Source: Chrysomallon squamiferum
Taxonomy: Eukaryota > Animalia > Mollusca
Direction of reading: 5' to 3'
DNA: 64,000 bases
NCBI GenBank assembly: GCA_012295275.1
Contig: CM022669.1
Coordinates: 17,360,001-17,424,000 of the forward strand
Of this stretch, positions 12,886-43,217 are shown piece after piece. Made by a program: the position numbers and the translations under genes. Position 1 is the stretch's first letter, and each line of letters begins with the position of its first letter. The notes beneath the pieces are model-generated. The model had not been told where the DNA came from. It did not search any database and worked only from the letters and a program-made list of their open reading frames with translations.

Positions 12886-15800
12886 ATGGTAAGTGTCATC
12901 TGTGTATTAAAGTATCTTCAAAATATTAAATAACAGTTCCTAAATCTATATGTTATGTTTTAAAGTTTATATTATTTGTTTATGAAGTTATTTTCGAAAA
13001 TGTTTAGTTACCAGATGGACGAACGTCATCATCCCAACAGTTTCAATTTGATATTACGAAATCGTGACCTACCTGAAAAGAATTAACGTTCAGAAGATTT
13101 TATGAAAGAAAATGAAATGTACTGTATAAAATATTAACAAAAACACAGACTTTTATTTTCATTTTACTTGAAATTGACACAAATCAGTTAAGAAATTAAA
13201 CTAATGAAACTGCCACATGTTGCCACCACGAGTTTGCTGTCAGTTTGACAACTGACTCGAGAATTACGAGTTTGACTATTAATACCTATAAGGATGCAAC
13301 GGACTAAACATTAATTTAAAAATAAACGCAATTTTAAATTAAAATTTTTTAACTTCTATGATAATAAAATGGGTTAAAATTGATTTGTTTTTTGTTTTTT
13401 TCGATTATTTTTTTAATTTTCATGTGAAGTTTAAAGGTATACGAATACAAAACTATGCTTCGTGATTTTGCATCCACTTGATACTTAATATTCCCTTTAG
13501 TGACCAGTGTTTTATCCAGTGATTAAGACTATCAAATCAGATTTACGTAAAATTACATACAATAACAAAATCTTGTAGCAAATTAACAAAACTTGCTGAC
13601 AGCCAAGTAATACCGAGTACATGTGACTGCATACTTTAATTTTCAAATTAGAAACGATGGTTGTTACTTTTGTGACAAACTGTAACAGTTTGAATCTCAT
13701 GGCATTTTGTCATCAGTTCACCATTGATTTATTATCGATGTTGCTGATAGTTTTCATGAAAGATGTGTATAAAATGTTCCATTTTGTTTTGGTACGAACA
13801 AGATTGAAGTTTATTTTTGAAATGGTGGTAATTCAAATGGTGAATTTGTTTTGAGGTACTATTTATGTTGTTGTCTTTAGGTGAACTTTACAATAGATGA
13901 GATCCGTGAGATCATGGATCACAAGAAAAATATCCGTAACATGTCGGTGATTGCTCATGTTGACCATGGAAAGTCAACACTGACTGACTCCTTGGTTAGT
14001 AAGGCTGGTATTATTGCTGGATCAAAAGCCGGTGAAACAAGATTCACAGATACCAGGAAAGATGAACAGGAGCGATGTATTACAATCAAGTCAACGTAAG
14101 TATTTAAGCTTTCCCAGGGATAAAACCACCATTTATTGGCACTTTTTTAATTTATTAAAAATAATTTAATTATACTGCTATCTGCTGATGGTAAATTTAA
14201 ATTTGGACTTAATTACATTTTAGTACCTGTGAAGCTGATTAAACAGATGTATAAATTATGTATTAAGCAATTTAAATTATTTACTGTACAAGAAGTACAC
14301 ACAACTGATATTTTAAATTGAGCTTTCGAAAACCTGTAGGTTTCATTTTATCCGTACATTTTTTAATGGTTTTATCATATATATTTTTAGAGCTATTTCT
14401 TTGTACTACACCCTGAAGAAAGAGGACATGAAATACATCAAGCAAGCTAAAGATGAAGAGAACTTAAATTTTTTGATCAACTTGATTGATTCACCAGGCC
14501 ACGTGGATTTCTCCTCTGAGGTTACTGCTGCCCTTCGAGTCACAGACGGTGCTCTGGTTGTTGTCGACTGTGTTTCTGGTGGGTTTATACAGACAGAATT
14601 TCTTGGCATAGCTGTTAAATAAAACCAATACTGGTAAACATTTGAGGCAGAAATGACACAGTATTGTCATGTCCAAATGACGGGAGTTTACTAATGTTCT
14701 ACTGACAGGTTTTGTTGAAGCTTTTAGCCTGAGATGAGGGGTTTTTTTATATATTTTTTAGTGTGTTTTTTTTTATTGATAATGGGGACCAATTTTATTT
14801 TTTACGTATTTATTGACTTAATTTTTTTTAATAAAAAATTAAAATGGCAGTTTTAATAGATTTTGTATAAGTAAAGTCTGGATGAGACAGCAGTTCTGAG
14901 AAACCTGAGTTGATGTAATTGTTAATACACCAATTAATCAACTTGTGACAAACTATGAACAGCTGGGTATTGTATACTAAAACTTTTTTCTTCAGCATAT
15001 GTTCTGGTTATTGTTTATTTCTGTTTAAAATACAGGTGTCTGCGTCCAGACCGAGACTGTGCTCCGACAAGCCATAGCTGAACGAATTAAGCCAGTCCTG
15101 TTCATGAACAAGATGGACCTTGCCCTGCTAACACTGCAGCTGGATAAAGAGCCTCTGTATCAGAATTTTCAGAGAATTATCGAGAGCATCAACGTAATTG
15201 TTGGTACATACGGTGAAGATGATGGGCCTATGGGAGAAATTCAGGTACATCAGTACTTCTGTTAATTAGTAAACTTGGATGAAGTTTACAGCTTTAACTC
15301 TGTTTTTATTAAAATGACGTCTAATGTTGATTTAAGTTTGAAAGTTGTTTTTATTTCTTAATTTATTTTTGAGTAACACAATTTCAAGTTTTTAAGTTAC
15401 TAAAGTAATTTGTTGAGTGATTCAAATCCATAATTATATAATGACAACATTTTTTTTTTTTTTTTTTTTTTACATTCAGGTAAGTCCTCAAAATACAACA
15501 GTTGGATTTGGATCAGGACTGCATGGCTGGGCATTCACTCTGAAAGATTTTGCCAAAATGTACTGCAAGAAGTTTGGTATTGAGGAAGAGAAGATGATGA
15601 AACGACTCTGGGGTGACAACTTCTATGACACAAAGGAAAAGAAATGGGTCAGGACAGAAACACAAGGTGTCATCCGAGGTTTTGTTCAGTACATTTTGAC
15701 ACCCATATACGACATCTTTGACAAGTGCATGAACACCCAAACAAATGACAAGGCTCTTGCCATGGCTGAAAAACTGGGTGTCAAACTGACAGCAGATGAA

Positions 15801-18800
15801 AGAGAATTAACCCAGAAGCCTCTACTTAAGGTTTGTGTAGTTTGATTTCTAAATATTACTTGAGAACTAATGTATATATAGCCACCCATGTAAATGTCTT
15901 GATGTAACGTGTTATTTTAAAATCCTTTTTTGAAATTGGATTGTTTTGTTTTCTAATTTGAATTGAATCCCTTAATCTTTCAAAATATAAATGAATAAAA
16001 AAATAATTCCATATTTTTTTTTTACTCTGTAGGTGATCATGAGGAAATGGCTTCCAGCTGGTGATGCCATGTTGCAGATGATAGTAATCCATCTCCCATC
16101 TCCTGTCACAGCCCAGAAATACAGAATAGAACTGCTCTACGAAGGACCTCCTGATGATACTGCTGCCATAGCAATGAAGAGCTGTGATCCAAAGGGCCCA
16201 GTAATGATGTACATCTCCAAGATGGTGCCAACAAGTGACAAGGGACGTTTCTATGCTTTTGGTCGTGTATTTGCTGGTACAGTGGCAACCGGACAGAAAG
16301 TCAGAATCATGGGGCCTAACTACATCCCAGGAAAGAAAGATGATTTGTACCAGAAAACCATTCAGAGGTGTGTACTAATTTGCTATGTTTTATTTAAATT
16401 TTATATTGACTATAGTTACTGAATTCTAAATGTTCCTATCATTTGATTTTGCCAATCCTGAGTTGTAATGAAATAGAACAAAATTGTTTAGTAATATTTT
16501 GAAAGACATCTGATACTGTGAGCAGATACTTGCAGAGATCTTAATAATACATTTGTTTCTAAGGGTGGCACAAGGAAGAAAAACATCTTTTATTTATTTT
16601 TTTATTTTAATTTGTAGAACAATTCTTATGATGGGTCGTTATGTTGAAGCCATTGAAGATGTCCCATGTGGAAACATTTGTGGTTTGGTTGGAGTAGACT
16701 CCTTCATTGTAAAGACAGGAACCATTTCCACAATAGATACTGCACACAACATGAAGGTATGTTAACAGCTTTACTTATTTTGATTAATGTATTTCATAAT
16801 AAGAATGAACGATATGGAATTCATCTATCTTTAAAAGAAATGTTATTAGTAAAAAGTGCCAACAATGTAAAATACTCCAGAGATTTCAGTTGTATTCTAA
16901 AAGAAATGTTTCATGTGTTTCAGTTACTTTTTGTTACCAGATTTTCATCAGTCCAGTTTGTTTGGGTATTGTGTGTTTTTACCGTAGCAGTAAAGGCATT
17001 AATCCTTCGAGTTTGTAGTTGTTGTAAAGTGGGGATGTTCTTTTGTGTTATGGTACTGGTTAATTGGGAATCGAGGCTGATTTGAATTGAGTTAAATATG
17101 TTTGCAATATGATTTTAAAATTGTTCACACATCTTAAATGTCCTATCTTTATTTAACAGATGATGAAATTCAGTGTCAGCCCTGTTGTCAGAGTGGCTGT
17201 GGAATGCAAGAACCCATCTGAATTGCCCAAGCTTGTTGAAGGTCTCAAACGTCTGGCAAAATCTGATCCTATGGTCCAGGTAAAATTGTTAATACTTGCT
17301 TTTTTTTACATCAATTCCACACTGATCATGATCATCTTCATTTGTTAAACTCGCTATTACTCATTACATTTGGATTCCAATAAATATAATAACCAGTTTC
17401 AAATTTTGATCCAAATTATGAATTGTGAAAATGATTGTTATATTTCAATTCAGTATATAAGGAAATGTTGGTCAAACCTTCAGATGTGTTATATAATCAT
17501 TTTTTAAATTTATCATTCAGTGCATCATTGAAGAATCTGGTGAGCATATTATCGCTGGAGCAGGAGAACTTCATTTGGAGATCTGTCTGAAAGATCTGGA
17601 AGAGGATCATGCTGGAATCGCAATCAAAGTATCTGACCCAGTTGTCACATACAGAGAGACAGTATCAACAGAGTCAAGTATAACGTGTCTGGCTAAATCT
17701 CCCAACAAACACAATCGTCTGTTCATGAGGGCTGCTCCATTACCAGATGATTTGCCTGAAGCCATGGATAAGGTTAGTTTTTGTACCACGAAATGAGCTT
17801 TGGGTCAGTTGCATTGGAATATAAATTTAAGCATCTGATCAGCCTTTTTGTGCATAAACAGTATTTGAATATGCAAAGTCTGTGAATATAAATATGTTCA
17901 TAATGCAAATCACTTCGGTCGTTACTGTTTTTTTATTGAAGATAATTTTTAAAATATCTAGACAGCATTTAAATTTCATTTCACACAAAGTAAGATTGAT
18001 ATTACAGTGGACAGGAACAGATTTTTAAATATATTCCAGAAAAACAAATAAATATCACTGAATATATTAAAACAGGGTAGACTCATGTTTGTCATTTTTG
18101 TTTTCGTTTTTGTTAGCATTATGTGAGAGTAATCTTGTTTTAGGGAGACATTGCGCCAAGACAGGACATCAAGGAGCGAGCCAGGATGCTTGTAGACAAA
18201 TATGGTTTTGATCCCACTGAAGCTAGGAAGCTATGGTGCTTTGGACCAGAAGGCACTGGACCCAATCTGCTTGTGGACTGCACCAAGGCTGTCCAGTACT
18301 TGAATGAAATCAAGGACAGTGTTGTTGCTGGATTCCAGTGGGCTACTAAAGAGGTTAGTTTAACTTGAGATGTGAGTTGGGCATTTACATTTATCCAAAT
18401 TCAAGTCTAAATCTTACCAATTAAGAAAGGATATTTTGTTTAAAACTGAAATATCTAATTATGATTGAAAACAAATTCTTGTACATTAGTGATTTTTCTT
18501 AACTTTTCAGTTTATAAAATAAGCATATTTTAGAACATTTCCATTTAGTTTTTACCTGCAGTACTTTAATAAAATATTTTTTTTCTGGCACTGACACTCT
18601 GCTGTTGAGTTTCAGTATAATTCACGCTTTGATGCAGTCATTATTTTCACATGGGCCTCTTGTGTTAAAAGCACTTCAGAAAATTGTCCGTTCTCCTCAA
18701 GTAAATATTCTCCTGTTATTTCTAGGGAGTACTGTGTGAAGAGAACTTGAGAGGTGTCCGCTTCAACATCTACGATGTGACACTTCATGCTGATGCCATC

Positions 18801-19883
18801 CACAGAGGTGGTGGACAGATCATCCCAACAACAAGAAGAGTTCTGTATGCCTGTGAACTGACAGCAGAACCAAAACTGCTTGAGCCAGTCTACCTAGTAG
18901 AAATTAACGTGAGTAATTTAATTGTAATCTCTCAAGTTTGACAGATCTTCTGTTTCAAGTCAGTGTAACACATTTTAAATGACTGCTGTACGATAACTAT
19001 TTGCTTTGTAATTTTTAAAAAAGGCTAGATTATTCAGTTTTTAATTGATCTCATAAAATAATTAATGCAAATATTTATTGATCAGCCTGTCCTGTAGCAG
19101 ACTCACCAGATGGTTTATTAATCAGATTGTTCTGCCAAGAATTTACAAGAAACATTAGTCAATTGGGTTAAGAAGAAACAAAGGACCGATATGAAAATGT
19201 GATGAGTACATTGGTTTTGTTATGTTGCAGGTTCCAGAATCTGCTGTTGGTGGAGTGTTTGGAGTGCTCAACAGGCGTCGTGGAACCATCATTGACAACC
19301 AGCAAATAGCTGGCACACCACAGATGTTGTCCAAGGCCCATCTGCCTGTAAACGAATCATTTGGTACGTTGCTGGCATGTTCAGAACATAATGTCGATTT
19401 TGGATCATTGTAAATTACTCTTAAATCCTTCAACGTGTAACGTAACGTCTGATGTCAGTAAATTTATTCAGTGGTACCTCTAAATTTTTAGTAAGTAATC
19501 TAATCGAATTACAGTTAAAACAATGTTTTTAAATTATTTTTTTATGTATAGGACCATAGCCCCTTTTTTTTTGAAGGGAGGATCAAAACTACAGCACATT
19601 GATTTTCTCACATGCACAGTTTTAGCTTCAAAAGTCTCCATACATTATTTGTCATTATATTAATACATATGAGATATTTTTTTTTCCAGGCTTCACAGCT
19701 GATTTGAGATCCAGCACAGGAGGACAGGCTTTCCCACAGTGCGTGTTTGACCACTGGCAGGTTCTGCCTGGAGATCCCTTTGACCCATCTTCCAAGCCAG
19801 GCCAGGTGGTTACAGACACAAGGAAACGAAAAGGACTTAAAGAAGGAATCCCAGCTCTGGATAACTTCCTGGATAAATTGTAA
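12886..19883 (+). CDS. EEF2: Eukaryotic translation elongation factor 2, complete, 13 coding exons
   Basis: Exons: 12886-12888 (ATG only), 13881-14095, 14391-14578, 15036-15244, 15480-15830, 16033-16367, 16618-16756, 17160-17279, 17521-17772, 18144-18353, 18726-18908, 19231-19363, 19690-19883. All junctions are GT-AG and in phase. Motifs: [20 protein letters not shown], diphthamide loop [17 protein letters not shown] (His codon 18801-18803), C-terminus FLDKL*. Confidence 0.99.
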
Positions 19884-20101
19884 ATTTCACATACATCTTG
19901 CAAAATAAGACTTTACAAGAAAAAAAAACAAAAAAAATGCTTTGGAAGCCTTTCACAACAACATAAGTTGTACTTATTTATTTGGTTATTTGGGAATCTT
20001 TTGAGTAGGTCGACAATTCTTTTATTAAAATTTAAAATCTAGCTTGTATATGTTTGACCAGCAAAATTCAGTTCACCATTGTCAGTTATTGTAACAACAA
20101 A

Positions 20102-20147
20102 AATAAACACAAGAGGGTGAAATGTAAAAAGATGAAAATGTAATAAA
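20102..20147 (+). terminator. EEF2 polyadenylation signals (AATAAA at 20102 and 20142)
   Basis: Two AATAAA hexamers 220-260 nt after the stop codon, followed by a T/GT-rich tract. Confidence 0.6.
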
Positions 20148-21722
20148 GAAATTTACAAATATTTATTTTGTTGGCTTTTAAATGTATCAGATATAAAGTA
20201 TATTGAGGATTAGGTACATTTTCAGTAGGTGTTGGCAGAGCTGACATTTTAACTTGTATTTGTCATTTTTTTAAATTTGTCTTGGATGACCCCTTATTAC
20301 ATTACAAACAGAAAAATTGTCTTGTGTACATAAGACTGACTTGGATCGGACAACTAATGCTCATGTGTTTGTAAGGATTTTTTTTTTTTTTTAAATATTT
20401 TAATAATTTTATGTTTTGTATTTATTTTGCAAAATTAACAAGAAGCACAGTTTATGGAATGGTGATGGGTTGCACAATCGTTCTTTCTGCGTTTGAATGA
20501 TGATGTGAAAGCACAGTTTTTGAAATTTGCCTAAATGAATCTGTCTAAATGATCTTTTGTTAACCACTGAAATGAAGATAGTATCAATCAAATTGGGAGC
20601 ATCTTGTCTTGAAACATTAATGAGTGAAATTTTTTTATATTGTTAAAATCTATTACACATCTAACATTTTTTTTCTTCTAAATACGTAGTTCAGTTGGCA
20701 GGAATCTAGTGTAACATACATTTTATGTATATATCAAAAAATGTAACTTGGATTGAACACCATTTAACTACAGATTAAAATGTGTAGTGTATTTTAAGTA
20801 AATTGCATCATTTTTTTTTAGATCCATTCAGTATCACAGAACCAAAAGGAACGTATTGATAAAAAATGTCAGAAAATTTATTGTATAAATCTTTGAGAAG
20901 GGTTGCTGTTTTATTACAGATCAGTTTAATTAATGCTAGAGTATCACAATGCAAGTAAATTCAAACTTGTTAATTAAAATAATACTAAATTATTAAATAT
21001 TCATTTGAATATAAATACATTCAAAATGGTTACAATTATAAATGAAAACATTCAGTTAAAGTTAAATCCTTAATTTAAATAACTACATTACAAAATATAT
21101 AGAAAAATATGCTAAGAATTCTGTACTAAATAAAGATTGTAAGAAAATAATTGCATTGTCATTAAAATGTAGCTAAATGAGCCAATAATTTTAAAAGAAT
21201 TTTAAAATATTCTTACATCTGATAAAATATTAATCTTCAGATGCACAATATATAAAAACGTAACCAAAAAAAGCAATAAGAAATAGAAATTCCCTGATAT
21301 CTTTAACAGAAGGCAAAACAATTTTGTTTGTTCTGTCAGTATCTATTGGTAAACTTTTAATAACAAGACAACCTTAATGCATTAGATGACAATCTGTTGT
21401 AACTGATAAAATGGAAAAATGGTGCCATCACAGCTTTACACAATGAGGTGCCAACAGTGCTATGCTACACTTTCTGACTAGATAGCTGTCAGTAAATTTG
21501 AATACTGGACTAAAAAATCATCTAAACTTAAGAAAGTTTATTTATCTTTTTTGAAATATCCTGTGACAACACTATGAAATACATCAACTAACTAACATTT
21601 AAAAACTCAACACATCAAGAAGTGGACTTGGTATCTCTATGAGCTGAGGTAGATATCTGTGGAGCGTTTGACCTATTCATGTATGTATGATTACAGGACC
21701 TCTCTGAATCACTGTCTCTGGC

Positions 21723-37790
<16,068 letters not shown>

Positions 37791-37913
37791 GGTTTCTGTG
37801 AACAAATAACATAAACAAATATATCTGTAAATACACACATAGCAATAATAATGATGGTAATTATACATGATGCTGCTAATGTACTTATTTATAATAATAA
37901 TAATAATTATAAT

Positions 37914-37946
<33 letters not shown>

Positions 37947-38422
37947 AAGTAGTATTTATTTATTTATTTATTTTACAAAATCATTGTTAATGATACCATG
38001 TTTTTATCTCTCTAAAAAGGTGTGGGTGTTTTTGTGTTTTATTGCAATTTTTGCAAATAATGTTGTTTTCGTTTTTACTTTTATTTGTATAATTTTTCAA
38101 ATACATCACGCATTTTTAGTGTTTTTTATTCTATGACAGGTCGTTTTTTGACAGATGGGTGATTCTTAAACACGTTTATTCATACCACATTTATCTCGAT
38201 ATTTTATTTAACGAACTGTTTCGAAATCGCAGATATGCTTATAGATAGTATCATTTGTCTAATTTTGCTGTTGCCACGGTCATTTCCATACACACCAGTC
38301 ATTACTTCAGAATCGACTAAATACTAGTGACATTTAAAATAATAATTATTATTACTGTTTAAACTGAAACACAGTACTAGAAAACAAACGCTCCCGTTCG
38401 TTTCTATGTGTCCCGATCTTAC

Positions 38423-38569
38423 CTGTAGGATATGTGTTGTGTTTGAAACTAGAATTAATAAGTGCAAACAAACAGTTCTCGATCGTTCATGACAATCCTG
38501 TCCCCATGTGGAAAGCGATGATCATGATGTCTCGTAATATAATTCAGTCAACGCTGAGATGTCGACACT

Positions 38570-38627
<58 letters not shown>

Positions 38628-39045
38628 GCCATTCATTTTTTTTTTCCCCGATCAAAATTAATTTGAAAAATAAATATAATTAATAATTTTATTATTAATT
38701 AAGTATAACAACTGACACAGAAATGAGTTTTTAATGTCAGTGATATTATGAGGTTCATATAAGTGTTTTAACACGACGCAAATTATAAAAAGCTTATTAA
38801 TTAAGAAAACAAAACAATGAAAATAGATTAATATATCACATAAATGAGTAAGCGAATGACTAAATGTTTACTGTGACACACACACACACATTAAACAACA
38901 AGAAAAATATATCTGCTATTTTTGTATTGAGAAACATATGTCGTTCTCAAAACCTTGAACTCGATTATGTCCAGTGTATCGATCTGAAATAGCTGAATAA
39001 CAAAAACTGAAACCAAAATCCTTTCATGCTACCGTACCTAACAAT

Positions 39046-39091
<46 letters not shown>

Positions 39092-39288
39092 CTTCTGCTG
39101 CTCAATATATCATCATAATATTATTAACGTGTTTAAAGAATGGAATAAGTAATATGTATATAAACACTTTACTCAATGCAAAAATGTTTCACATGCTCTG
39201 CGAAGAAATCCAAATATTACTACAGCCTTACCTTCTCTGTACTAAGCTGTTGCAGCACTGACTCTGAGAATAGGAAATTCTGTAACCT

Positions 39289-39290
<2 letters not shown>
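38423..39290 (-). other. Candidate non-coding first exons of the TIR gene (donors after 38423 and 39232)
   Basis: tcctacag|gtaaga and gagaag|gtaagg lie upstream of the acceptor ttcacag| before 37795, which is 5 nt before the ATG. The region is locally richer in CpG. Confidence 0.4.
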
Positions 39291-39327
<37 letters not shown>

Positions 39328-40017
39328 TATACACTGGTTATTAAACGACCGTTCTATAAGTGAACTGTAAACATTTGTTATCGACGGAGAGAGGCGTGTT
39401 TGCTTTGTCTCATGAAATTAACCAGAGGAAGATCCACTCATATATTCAAGGGTGGCCAAAGATTTTGTTTCGCTTTCTTTCAAAAAATGAAAAATACGTC
39501 AGTAATTTTCACAAATCTTTAGCTGTTAGTAGGAACTGAATAAATTAATGGATTTCACAAAATAACGACTACGTATTTCAAGTACACACATGCACACGCA
39601 CACAACACATTTAGTGTTGAGTGGTTTTATTTTTTTTAATTTTTATTTTAATTTTTTCCTAATGAGTCTTCGAAGTAGATCAGCTGTGTGTAAATGATAT
39701 ACAATAAGTTTATGGCCGTGATCTTAGCAACAAAGGTATACAAGTTTGTATACACGTATTTTCGATTTGTAAAGAATGCCGTTCAAGGACACAAATTTCT
39801 TTTTTTAACTGACCCCTCATAACAGACATTATATCGATATACAATGGACCGTTTTATGTGTGGGTCTGTTTGAAATCATAAACAGTAAACAGAAAAACAA
39901 CAACAGAGGAACATACATTCATGTAAACAAAAACTAAAATTAAATTAATTGTGAGAAAAACACGCACGCACACACAAAATTCTCAATTCCAAAATTAGTT
40001 TTTTGTTTGATTAAAAG

Positions 40018-40048
<31 letters not shown>

Positions 40049-43000
40049 AGCCTGATTATTTATTTATTTAGTTATATCTTTTATTACTTTAGCAGTCCAC
40101 TTTCTATTTGTAGTTTTAAGTGAAATTATATGCCTATCCATTTATGATTTTTTTTTATTATTATTTATGATCAAGCAGCTCAGTTCTCCATTCCCTCAAA
40201 TATATATACATACTATTAATAGTAGCAAGATTTGACAATTATATATATTTCTTCACACACACACGCACACACACAAACATACACATGCATATTAAAGATT
40301 AAGAAATACTAAAATATAATAAATGGAAACGCAAAAATAGAAAGAATAAAGGTATTCTCGATTCCAAAATTAGTTGGGCTTTTTTTTTCAAAATTTATTT
40401 ATTTACTTTTTTTTTCTGTTGTTCTTGTTGTTGTTCATTAAAGTAAAAATATTAATTTTATTTCTGGAATTTTTCTTTTGTACATTTTAGTAAAAATAAG
40501 ATAAAATAAAATAAAATAAAATTTAAAAAATAAATAATAATTTATCCTTGAATCTTTATCACTTGACGTACATGTATTTATCATGACTTTTGTTTGTGAT
40601 ATTCATTCAAATATTTTATTTATTATTATTATTATTTTAATGAGAAAAAGAAAAACAGAAAGAAATAGTGAACTCGAGCCAAAAATTAAGTTTTTCTTTG
40701 TTGTTTTTTCCTTAATTAGAAGAAAAATATTAAATTTAATTCGGCGTATGCGAATAGCATGATGAGTTTTATTGTAGACATTTCACTGGACAATATTTTG
40801 CAATTTTTATTAATACAATGTTTTTTTTTTTTTTTTTTTTTTTTTTATCTTTTTAAGATTCATTTATACATTTATGTGGCGACATTTACTTACAGGCTTT
40901 TTACGTTATTTTTACATAGAAATCGTCACTGTTATCAAAACACAGCACACACTATGCATATTAACAAATAAAAAAACGAATCGTGACTAAATAATAGCTT
41001 GCAAGTTTTTTTCCATAAAATGTATTCTTTAAATGTCCATTATTTTAAACTGAAGCTCAGTAGCATAATAAATAAATAAATAATAATAAAAAATAAAAAC
41101 AAATTAAAACGTGTACGTGCCTTATTAATATACAAATCTAAGGAAATATGTAATTGTATACAGCATAGCAGTCTGATTATTAATTTCATCTGTTATTACT
41201 TTACCACTGCACTATCTGCGTGTAGTTTTATGTGACATTAGGACTTTTTTGTAAATTTTTATTTTAATTTTTTTTTTTTTTAAATTTTTATGATCAAACA
41301 GCTGCAATAATAATTATTATTATTCTTAAAATGAAAAAATGTATATTTTATTATTCTCATCCACGTTAATAATATTTGTTGTTTTATATATTATTTGCTG
41401 CTGAGGTTTTCATCAGAATTAAAGTTTTTAAAATAAATTCCCCATCTTTAAAATAAAAATAACAAACAACAAATTGTTGTCAGCTTTATTAATTCACAAC
41501 AGTAACAAAATCAGATACAAAGTTCTGTACAAAGATGCAATTATACAACATGAACACAAATATAATTTCGAGTCATTTTTGTCAAGCCTATAATAAGACA
41601 AAATGTAACTGTACAGTACACTTTAAGTGAAGTTGTAACTATTATCCTAATTTCAGTGTTATCTAACGACAAAAGTAAATCAAAACTGATTATATGACTG
41701 TGTAAAGATAATAAATACATATGCCTCACTTTGAAGTTAATACATGTCTGATTAAAAAATGAAAATGAAAAATATGAAAAATGAAAAAGTTAAAAGTATT
41801 AAAAATCATTGCAAAAAGAATGAAATTGTCACAAAAGATATAATTAAAATACTACTGCAACAGATTTTGGTATATTTCAGTGTTGAACTCATTACGTTAA
41901 AGTCACTATGCAGAATACTGTGCAGAAAACTAAAGTTTGTGTTTGTGCATGTACGATTTTAAAAACAAAAATTTTTGTGTATAATTATTCTGTTATTTTG
42001 AGGATTGTATGCAAGTATATGAACAGCATGTATATACAAATTCTATCACCCCAGAAATATTTGAATTCATAGAATTTTAATTAATACTGAGAATTTTCCA
42101 TTACTGATATTTTTATCATTCCTTTTAATAATTTACAGAACACTAAATAATTATAAAATCTCACACAATTCTGATACAAATTTCAACAAAATTTAATTAC
42201 TCATTATTAATGCAACAACAAAAAAACAACAACGTAATAACAAATTTAAAAAAAAGGAAAAAAAAAAAGAGGTAATAATACCTGGTAATTTAATTAAAGA
42301 AAAAGAAAAGAAGAAGCAATAATTAAAAGTAGAAAATTAAGTGTGAGTTAAAGTAAATGTTCTTTGAAATGAGCATTTGATGAAATTATATTTCATATTT
42401 AACATGAGATGAAAGTATAACACGTTTAAATAAAACTTAACTGTTTGTTTTCATGCGACATCATGTGATTTAACGTTAACACATGTAGTAAATACACCCT
42501 GTATACATAGATATATTCCATTACATAACGTGATGAGTTTCGTTTTCAACTGCAGATAATTATCTTTATTAGAAAATGTTTTAGTGATTGTCTGATTACT
42601 GTTATATATGTACATGTATGTGTGTGTGTGTGTGTATGTGTGTGTATCTAGACACATGCACCTACACATATATTGACACACACACACATGCATGCACACA
42701 CAGATACACAGACATATATGCACACACATGTCAGATAAAATAATTTCAAAAACTCTGAACATGCAACTTTGTTATTTGCCATGAAATCAGCCATGGATTG
42801 GTAAGGAAAATGACCATGGTGTATTGCACACTGGGATATGTTTACAAACAAATCTGTATTTCCATCTTCACAAATAAAAATATTATTTAAGTGAAAAGAC
42901 TTAAAGCAACACTTAAAGCTTTACAAAAACTAAAAACACAAAAATAATCTGTAACAATGACTGTATGCGTGTCTTGTAGTTCTGCTAATAATCTTTGGAG

Positions 43001-43170
43001 AAAATACAACAAACAATCACTTTGGAAAATTAGCAAAATAAAAAGGATAAAGAAATAGCCGTTAGTTTGGCCAGCAAAATCTATTACAAGAAAACAATGC
43101 CAATAATAATAGTAATATTAGAATAACTGTAGTTACAACAACTACAACAACAACAACAACAATAGCAACC

Positions 43171-43217
<47 letters not shown>

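Noticed and set aside
17311-17345. Resemblance to SNORD37 (actgatcat...tcttca)
   Set aside because: Lacks the contiguous 28S guide and boxes C/D.
19085-19213. Possible H/ACA snoRNA in EEF2 intron 11, and GTGATGA at 19199
   Set aside because: Hairpins are weak, the ACA is too close to the acceptor, and the C box has no downstream D box inside the intron.
39961-40740. Three loosely similar intergenic segments (ttctcRattccaaaattagtt-like)
   Set aside because: Degenerate AT-rich local duplications with no evident function.
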